Source: Candidatus Moanibacter sp.
GTDB lineage: Bacteria > Verrucomicrobiota > Verrucomicrobiia > Opitutales > UBA2987
Assembly (NCBI GenBank): GCA_965215885.1
Contig: CBDCEW010000093.1
Span: 32,001-96,000 of the forward strand
DNA: 64,000 bases
Direction: 5' to 3'
Position numbers and translations under genes: made by a program. Within the stretch, counting starts at the first letter, position 1; every line of letters starts with the position of its first letter. Positions 57,297 through 64,000 of this stretch are shown piece by piece. A model generated the notes under the pieces. It ran no database searches and was not told the DNA's origin. It saw only the letters and a list, made by a program, of their open reading frames with translations.

Positions 57297-58615
57297 ATGC
57301 AGCCGCAACTGGATGTCGATCGATACTTTTCCTGCCTGCCGGTGGATACTTTTCCTGCCTGCCGGTGGAACCGGCACATCCGGGTCACCTCGAGACGACG
57401 TTGTGCAAAGGAGCGGGGGATGACGTCTATCTTATCTATTACACCCCGCCGAGTTCCAGGATAACCTACGCCGGGCAGATTAATGTCAGGACCTCGGCCG
57501 ATCGGGGGCGCACCTGGAGCATCGATCGGGTCCTGGTGGACAAAGCGGGGGAGCTGATCCTGGGCAGTCACATCACCATGTTGCGCCTCAAGTCCGGCCG
57601 CCTTGCACTGGTTTATGCTTCGGACGCGGCGCCGCTGGCACGAACCGGCCGCGATGGCGGGACCCTCTTCCGCACCAGCGAGGACGAGGGCAACAGCTGG
57701 TCAGAGGCCGTGCCTGTCGAGCCGCGTTTCGGCATCTGCTGCAGCGGACATGCTCTCGTCCTGGCCAGTGGACGCATCGTTGTGCCCCTCTTCCGCTGGG
57801 TCAGCCCCGATCCGGGCGGGGATGCCGAAAACTGGTCTGTCAACGGTTGGGACGACGACGATTCCGGAGGAACATTATCCTACGTCTATTCCTACGTATC
57901 AGACGATGAGGGCAAAAGCTGGCAGATCAGCCTGAGCGAGCTCTTCATAAGCCGGCAGCGCGCCGCCTTCGACCTCGAGGAGCCCACCGTCGTGGAACTG
58001 AACGATGGGCGTTTGTTGATGCACATGCGCAGCCAAGTGGGACGCATCTACCGGTCTATCTCCGCCGACGGCGGGATCTGTTGGTCGAACCCACAGCCGT
58101 TGCACATTGCCAGTGCTTACACGCCGCAATTTCTTAGTCGCATGCCCGGCGGCGAACTCTTGATGATCTGGAATCAGGCTTCGCGGCAGGAAATTCTCTC
58201 GGGGTTGCACCGTACGCGCCTGAGCTGTGCCGTGTCCAGGGACGAGGGCGAGACATGGACCAACTTCAAGAATCTGGAATCCCTCGACGATCGCATCGAA
58301 ATACGACCGCCTCCCAGTAGCCTCGTTCAGGTCTACGAACAGTTCGAAGCCTACGGTTACAAGCAACCAAATGACACAGAGCGTTACCACCGCGCTCCGG
58401 GAGTCCTTCGGATCTGTTATCCCAATGTCCTGTTCGTCGATGGAGAAGCGATCATCGTCTACGATTGGGGTTACGGTTCACTGGGCGACAAGCTCGGCTC
58501 CAAATTGCGGGTCGTGCCCCTTGACTGGTTACTCGAATCACCAGAAGGAAGTCCTGACCAGACACGCCAGTCGGGCGAAATCCCCCACCCGAACCACACT
58601 CTTCCGAGAGCTTGA
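57297..58615 (+). pseudogene. BNR/Asp-box sialidase-family protein; 5' end frameshifted by a 23-bp duplication
   Basis: Five Asp boxes; ATG 57297 joins the main frame if one copy of the repeat at 57322-57367 is removed. Confidence 0.65.
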
Positions 58616-58747
58616 TGATCTCCCCTTTCGATCTTAGATCACGAGTATGATGCACGACACAATATCCATCAGCTTCCATTCCCCCATCGTGACTCTCAAT
58701 CGTGATCTCCAGTCGATCTTCTCCTCTTTCGATTTTAAATCCCATAG

Positions 58748-59524
58748 ATGAGCTATCTTGAGCAACTGTTTTCCCTGGTAGGCAAAATCGGGGTCGTAAC
58801 CGGTGCCATTCGCGGCATTGGCCGGGGGCTGGCCGAGGCCCTGCTCAGGGCGGGCGCAAGGGTGATCCTGGTCGCAACCAATGAGGAGCGCCTCGAGGAA
58901 ACGACGCGCTCGTTTGTGGAACAGGGTCTCGATGCCTCGGCCCGTCGCTGCGATCTGGAAGATGCGCAGCAAATCGATGAATTGGTCGAGTGGGTGGAAC
59001 ATGAATGCGGCAGAATAGACGTTCTGGTAAATGCCGCCGGCGTGACCTATACTCACCACCTGTTGGATTATCCGGATGAACAGTGGGAAAAGACCCTCCG
59101 AATCGACCTAGATGCGCCTTTCCGATTGTCCAGGGGTTTTGGCAGGATGATGAAGGAGCAGGGCGGCGGTTCAATCGTCAACATCACCAGCGTCTGGGCT
59201 GAGCTGGGCGGTGGAGACAACCCTGCCTACGGCGCGGCCAAGGGCGCCCTGCGGCAGCTGACCAAAGCCATGGCCGTGGACCTGGGCCCTTTCGGCATCC
59301 GGGTAAACAATATCGGCCCGGGCTACTTCCGCACGGACATGACTCGGGGCAGCTGGAGCGATCCTGAAATGAGACAGCAGCGAATCGGGCGGACGATTCT
59401 GAACCGGGGGGGCGAAGTAGAGGATATGGCCGGAATGGTAGTCCTCCTTGCCTCTGACGCTTCCAGCTACATCACCGGCCAGGATTTCTATGTCGACGGC
59501 GGTTGGGTGGTCAAATTGGTGTAG
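58748..59524 (+). CDS. SDR oxidoreductase (gluconate 5-dehydrogenase/KduD-like)
   Basis: TGAIRGIG, NAAG, YGAAK, PGYFRT. Confidence 0.9.
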   Translation: MSYLEQLFSLVGKIGVVTGAIRGIGRGLAEALLRAGARVILVATNEERLEETTRSFVEQGLDASARRCDLEDAQQIDELVEWVEHECGRIDVLVNAAGVTYTHHLLDYPDEQWEKTLRIDLDAPFRLSRGFGRMMKEQGGGSIVNITSVWAELGGGDNPAYGAAKGALRQLTKAMAVDLGPFGIRVNNIGPGYFRTDMTRGSWSDPEMRQQRIGRTILNRGGEVEDMAGMVVLLASDASSYITGQDFYVDGGWVVKLV

Positions 59525-59812
59525 GAATTCCTTTCTCAACTTCGTCGTAAGCATTGTCGTAAGCTTCGTCGCTTCAACGATCTCGTTCCGTATCGCGGCA
59601 TGATGGCTCATCACCGGCCTGAAGGAAGACCTTGTAGCATGAGCTTTCGGCTGCGCACGGCCGCAGGTTTAGTCTTCGGGTTACGCCCTCACGACTTTCG
59701 CGCAGCCGTCACTTTCATGCGCAAGATGTTTGCAAAGGATATTATCTTTATCCGGATTTTAAGATTTGTCCATTGGACGGCGAGGCAAGTCTTCATAATC
59801 ATTCCTGAAGCC

Positions 59813-61141
59813 ATGACCACGGTCAGTTTCGGTAGAGAGATCTCGCGCACCCCGATTTGGCTTATTGAGGAGAATCCCCTGGCTGATATACCATGGTCAA
59901 AACAACCCAAGGCAATCCTTCCAGACGATAGTGAAGTGGTCGTGATTGGCGCCGGATTTACTGGAGCAGGTTGTGCCTACTTCTGGTCGAAACATGATGC
60001 CAAGCCCATGGTCATTCTGGAAATGGACGATCCGGCATCCGGAGCCAGCGGCCGCAACGGTGGCGAAATCGTCATGGGTCGATACTATGCTTTGGTTAAG
60101 AATACAGTGAGACCTTATCTCGATAAAGTCCGCGCGGATTTGACCGGGGAACAGCGGGACCAACTCAGTTCTCAATTTTCAACAGCTTATGTTAGAAGCG
60201 CTTACAAGAATGCGGCGATGATTGAAGAAACGGTCAACGATGAGGGCATAGAATGTAATTACAGGAGAAAGGGGTGGATCCAGGCCCGCGATAGGGAGGA
60301 GCAAACAGCTCTCAAGGAATCGGTTCGCCTTGGGCTGGAAGCCGGTTTTGACGACTGGACCGAGATATCCCCTGAAGAAGTCCGGCAACGGGGCGGAATG
60401 AAAGTCGACTGCCCAGCCGGATTTTCGCGGGGCACGGCAACCTTTCATCCGGCCAAATGGGTGTGGTCACTAATTGAGATCGCTCTCCGGAGTCCTCGGG
60501 TCGAACTTTATACGCGGACACGAGTCACGCAAGTCGAAGATGCCGGTGACTATTATATTGTAGGAACCAATCGTGGTAAAATCAAAGCGCGTTATGTGAT
60601 CAACGCCACCGAGTCCTACACCGCTCTTATTCACCGTCACTACCGCGACTTAATCCAGGCGGTGCAGACACAAAGTTCTTTCGGGCAAGGTGGACCACGG
60701 GATATGCAACCCCATATCGGGCTCAGCAATAATCGCGGATTTTTCGGTCGAGTAGAAGGGGGAACCACTTTGGGTTCAGATGAAACGCCTCTACCCTATC
60801 ACCGGGCCGGTTGTAACAATCCTTCACGGTTTATTACCAAATTCCTCATTGGTGAACTCCATCGATATTTCGGGCAGAGTGAAATTCACATGACTCATGA
60901 ATGGAGCGGCACCGCCGGTTTTACCGTCGATGAATATCCTGTTGTCGGCCTGCTCGACGGTAAACGACAGTATATCGTCGGTGGAATGTGTGGATCCGGC
61001 ACCGCGGTCTCGTTTAATGGAGCGCGCCATGTCGTGCAGCAGATACTTGGCCTCGAAGGACCCGACGATTACCCCCAGGCCTACTTTGCCCCCTCTCGCC
61101 TGCTCGATCCCACCAACCATCCCTGGCCCTCAGTCGAGTAG
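59813..61141 (+). CDS. FAD-dependent oxidoreductase (DAO/DadA/PuuB-like)
   Basis: IGAGFTG and GASGRNGG motifs; start at ATG 59813. Confidence 0.88.
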   Translation: MTTVSFGREISRTPIWLIEENPLADIPWSKQPKAILPDDSEVVVIGAGFTGAGCAYFWSKHDAKPMVILEMDDPASGASGRNGGEIVMGRYYALVKNTVRPYLDKVRADLTGEQRDQLSSQFSTAYVRSAYKNAAMIEETVNDEGIECNYRRKGWIQARDREEQTALKESVRLGLEAGFDDWTEISPEEVRQRGGMKVDCPAGFSRGTATFHPAKWVWSLIEIALRSPRVELYTRTRVTQVEDAGDYYIVGTNRGKIKARYVINATESYTALIHRHYRDLIQAVQTQSSFGQGGPRDMQPHIGLSNNRGFFGRVEGGTTLGSDETPLPYHRAGCNNPSRFITKFLIGELHRYFGQSEIHMTHEWSGTAGFTVDEYPVVGLLDGKRQYIVGGMCGSGTAVSFNGARHVVQQILGLEGPDDYPQAYFAPSRLLDPTNHPWPSVE

Positions 61142-61590
61142 TCGGATTCTTTGTAAAACAGACATGCAAGCACTCGCATATTATTGCCTCCCAAACTTCG
61201 TCGCAAGCCTCGTCGTAGGCTTAGTCGAGAGAGCGACCGAATTCCACGACAAAGCTCGCGACAAAGAAACCCTGACGGGGAGAGAAGCTTCCTCTATCCT
61301 TCATTGTAAGCCTCCTCGAGAGAGCAAAAAAATGGCGATCCCGCTCAGCGGGATTGACGACGAAGCCCTTCGACAAGCTCAGGGCCCCGAGCAGAGTCGA
61401 GGGGCTTACGACAAAGGTTCGGCGAAGATCGAAAAGCTACCACTTTCCGCTACGTTCCGAATCGAAGTGTGTAGCGGAAAGCGGGAGCTTTTCGTTCTGC
61501 CACCTCGGCAAGTATCACACCCGTTTGATTCGGCGGCCCGCCGGGGCTCCGCTGAGCGGGATTCTAGTTCTCAAAATCGCGTCTTAACGA

Positions 61591-62529
61591 CTACGGTTCC
61601 CACGTCTTCGCGATTTCGGCGTATTTGCGGGCCTGGTCAATGATATCGACTCCAACCTCCTCAGACCACGCCGCCAGCAGCTTCCCATAGAGTGGTCCCG
61701 GTTTGCCGTCGCCGATCGGATAGAAGTTAAACCGGGTGATAGGCATCATACAGACCGTGGTGCTGGTCCACCAGGCTTCATCAGCTTCCCGCACGTCATA
61801 GGGTCCAATATCCGCTTCGCAAACGGCAATGCCGAGACGAGAGGCCAGTTCCATACAGGCTCCCCTCGATACGCCGCGAAGTATATCATGTGGTTTGGGT
61901 GTATAGATTACCCCGTCTCGAGCCATAAAAAAGTTGTTGCCGGTGCCTTCTGTAATAAACCCGCGTTCGTCGGTGAGCAACGCGTTGGCTCCTTCCTCCA
62001 AACGGGCCGCATAAAGCTCCGCTATTTTGTAAAAAATGCGGCTTCGATTTTTCGTCTTGGGGTCGATATACCGGGCCGGCACGGATTGCTGCGGCGTGGT
62101 CACAAAGTGCGATCCGGCCTCGTAAGTCTCGATCTGGTTACCCGTATGCCGGATAAGCGGAAAGACATTGATCGAGACAATGGGTCGAGTTCCCTCCTTA
62201 ACAATACCCCTGTAAAGGGATAACCCGCCCCGGGTGACGTCGTGCATGATCTGAAAATCCACGCCATCGAGGGCGGGAAGGTTCCGCTCGATGGTCTCAT
62301 GGGTGGCGGCTTCCATTTCATCGATCGTCAGGCCACAGTCAATTTCCACATAGCGCATGGAGGCGTAGAGCCGATCCAGGTGCTCGCGTAATCGATAGGG
62401 TTTCTGATTAAACGAGCGGGTCATCTCAAAGATCATATCGCCGTACATAAGCGCGCAATCGAATATTGATATTCGCGCTTCCTGCTCGGGGATGAATTCT
62501 CCGTTAAAATAGACCAGACGGTGTGACAT
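61591..62529 (-). CDS. Aminotransferase class IV (branched-chain/D-amino-acid type)
   Basis: YGDMIFE, EHLDRL, EGTGNNFF, ILRGVSR. Confidence 0.9.
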   Translation of the reverse strand: MSHRLVYFNGEFIPEQEARISIFDCALMYGDMIFEMTRSFNQKPYRLREHLDRLYASMRYVEIDCGLTIDEMEAATHETIERNLPALDGVDFQIMHDVTRGGLSLYRGIVKEGTRPIVSINVFPLIRHTGNQIETYEAGSHFVTTPQQSVPARYIDPKTKNRSRIFYKIAELYAARLEEGANALLTDERGFITEGTGNNFFMARDGVIYTPKPHDILRGVSRGACMELASRLGIAVCEADIGPYDVREADEAWWTSTTVCMMPITRFNFYPIGDGKPGPLYGKLLAAWSEEVGVDIIDQARKYAEIAKTWEP

Positions 62530-62605
62530 AAATTGAACTTTCCAGTTATGCAGTCATCTGACAAGCACTTAACTCAAAACTTGTCTGCCCTGGGCTGGGT
62601 TACTG

Positions 62606-63628
62606 TCACGTCCAGTCCCGCTCTACCACTCCGATGCCCGGTCGATCCGGCAAAATAAGTCTGCCCTCTTTCTCTTCCACACCCGCAAAACGGTCATTGG
62701 CGATGAGGAGGTGTCCGTCGAGGTCGGCGTAATCAACGAGCGGTGAAAGGTGTGCCGCCGCCGTTATGCTCAGGCTTGTTTCGATAAAGCAGCCGAGCAT
62801 GATCTTCATTCCCTGGGTCCGAGCAAGATGAACCATCTTCAGCGCCTCATTCAGTCCGCCGCATTTGGACAACTTAATATTGATCCCATGCACGCAGCCT
62901 CTAAGGCGAAGAACATCCTTCGCGGTGCGGGCGCTTTCATCGGCAATGATCGGAAGCGAACTCAAATCGGTGAGCCGCTTCAAGCCTTCCAGATCTTGAG
63001 CCGGGAGCGGCTGTTCCACCAACTCGACGCCTTCGTCCGCGAGCCATTTTACTTTTTCCCGTGCCTCCTCGAAACCCCAGGCGGCATTGGCATCGACCCA
63101 TATCGGAACGGAAGTAACGCCGCGAACTGCTGAGACGATCTCCCTGTCTCTCTCGGTCCCAAGCTTCAACTTCAAAACAGGATAATCCCTGGCCTCTTCG
63201 AGTTTTCCGCAAAGCTCCTCGCCTTCGGCCAGCCCGATCGTGAACGAGGTTAGCGGAGTCTCCGCCGGATTGAGACCGAAAAGGCGATAAAGAGGAACGC
63301 CCAGACGCTTTCCCAACCAATCGTACAGAGCCATATCCACCGCCGCGAGAGCGGAACGCTGCTCGCCCAAAATTCCCTCCGCCCGTTCCAGAATCTTCTC
63401 TCGTAAAAAGGGCTCCACGAAATCGGACTCGCTCATCCCTCGCAGGCGCTCCTGGACAGATTCTGCCGTCTGGTTATAGTAAACACTCGGGGCGGCCTCT
63501 CCCAATCCGCAAATCCCGTCCTCATCGGTCAGTTTTAGGAGGACATTTTTTCTCTTGTCGCTGGCTTCGCGAGCAATGCGAAAGGTATGCCTCAAGGTCA
63601 GGGGAATTGACGATACTTCTACCTTCAT
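62606..63628 (-). CDS. Dipeptide (L-Ala-D/L-Glu) epimerase, enolase superfamily
   Basis: KLKLG, VDANAAW, EQP, ADES, IKLSKCGG, DLDG. Confidence 0.9.
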   Translation of the reverse strand: MKVEVSSIPLTLRHTFRIAREASDKRKNVLLKLTDEDGICGLGEAAPSVYYNQTAESVQERLRGMSESDFVEPFLREKILERAEGILGEQRSALAAVDMALYDWLGKRLGVPLYRLFGLNPAETPLTSFTIGLAEGEELCGKLEEARDYPVLKLKLGTERDREIVSAVRGVTSVPIWVDANAAWGFEEAREKVKWLADEGVELVEQPLPAQDLEGLKRLTDLSSLPIIADESARTAKDVLRLRGCVHGINIKLSKCGGLNEALKMVHLARTQGMKIMLGCFIETSLSITAAAHLSPLVDYADLDGHLLIANDRFAGVEEKEGRLILPDRPGIGVVERDWT

Positions 63629-64000
63629 AGGGCGAAATATTCGGTCAGGGCGTCCATCAGGCGGCCTGCTCCAAAGCGAACGCTATCGGTTGCAGGAAGG
63701 CCCGTCTCTTCCTCGACCCTCTCGATTTCGCGCTTCGCTTCCTGCTCCGAAAGATCGGCGCAATTCAAACTAATCCCGACTACCTTCGAAGGTGAGATGG
63801 GACTCAGAAGCGCTTCGTGCATGGACACCGTATCGCTCAAGGGCGGCACGGGGATCCGTGTGTGCCGGAGATACGACCGCCCCGGCTGGTGACAAAGGAT
63901 CATGGCCTTGGGACAAGCGCCATGCATCAGCCCGAGCGTAACCCCGGAGAAGGAGGGATGGAAAATTGCACCCTGCCCTTCGATAAAAACCCACTCGCTC
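63625..64000 (-). CDS. DUF1611-family protein (5' end outside window)
   Basis: The frame is open to the window edge: FIEGQGAIFHPSFSGVTLGLMHG...LCHQPGR; known neighbour of dipeptide epimerase. Confidence 0.85.
   Translation of the reverse strand, partial: SEWVFIEGQGAIFHPSFSGVTLGLMHGACPKAMILCHQPGRSYLRHTRIPVPPLSDTVSMHEALLSPISPSKVVGISLNCADLSEQEAKREIERVEEETGLPATDSVRFGAGRLMDALTEYFAL

Noticed and set aside
63770..63994. Apparent frameshift in the DUF1611 gene
   Set aside because: The true frame is open from the window edge to 63625; the 74-aa ORF is a shadow.
1..64000. tRNA, rRNA or known riboswitch
   Set aside because: None recognised by eye; a covariance-model scan was not possible, so absence is not proven.

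Overview
Bacterial chromosomal window, probably PVC superphylum/Verrucomicrobiota. That placement is an inference from a PEP-CTERM protein, a Verrucomicrobia-style surface protein and the intergenic repeat types. Left flank (1-6.5 kb): partial HMT/methyltransferase fusion, exbB-exbD-tonB-like genes, PfkB kinase, tmk, holB. Right flank (40.5-64 kb): esterase, mutS, PEP-CTERM protein, lytic transglycosylase, REP-flanked RAYT, TonB-like protein, maf, TolC-family protein, nadE, hemL and a catabolic cluster. Between them is a ~34 kb accessory region. Its core is six co-oriented paralogous genes (F1-F6) for large signal-peptide-bearing proteins. They share one N-terminal 'YQGR...LRVWF...QLxPDQRI' domain; most continue into phage-tail-fibre-like stalks (HxH, QTLTxKTL, DAxxLDG motifs), and they end in four different tip types. 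A probable anchor/adaptor gene precedes them. I saw no phage structural, packaging or lysis genes, so this is the best candidate for an undescribed system: a modular, exported surface-fibre array. The region also holds two inverted copies of an IS5/ISNCY-like IS, an ISAs1-type IS inside one fibre gene, a DUF4160/DUF2442 pair, two CTAG-flanked MITEs and many REP-like palindromes. Several fibre genes carry 1-nt frameshifts that may be real or assembly errors. Family assignments come from motif recognition by eye; no searches were run.
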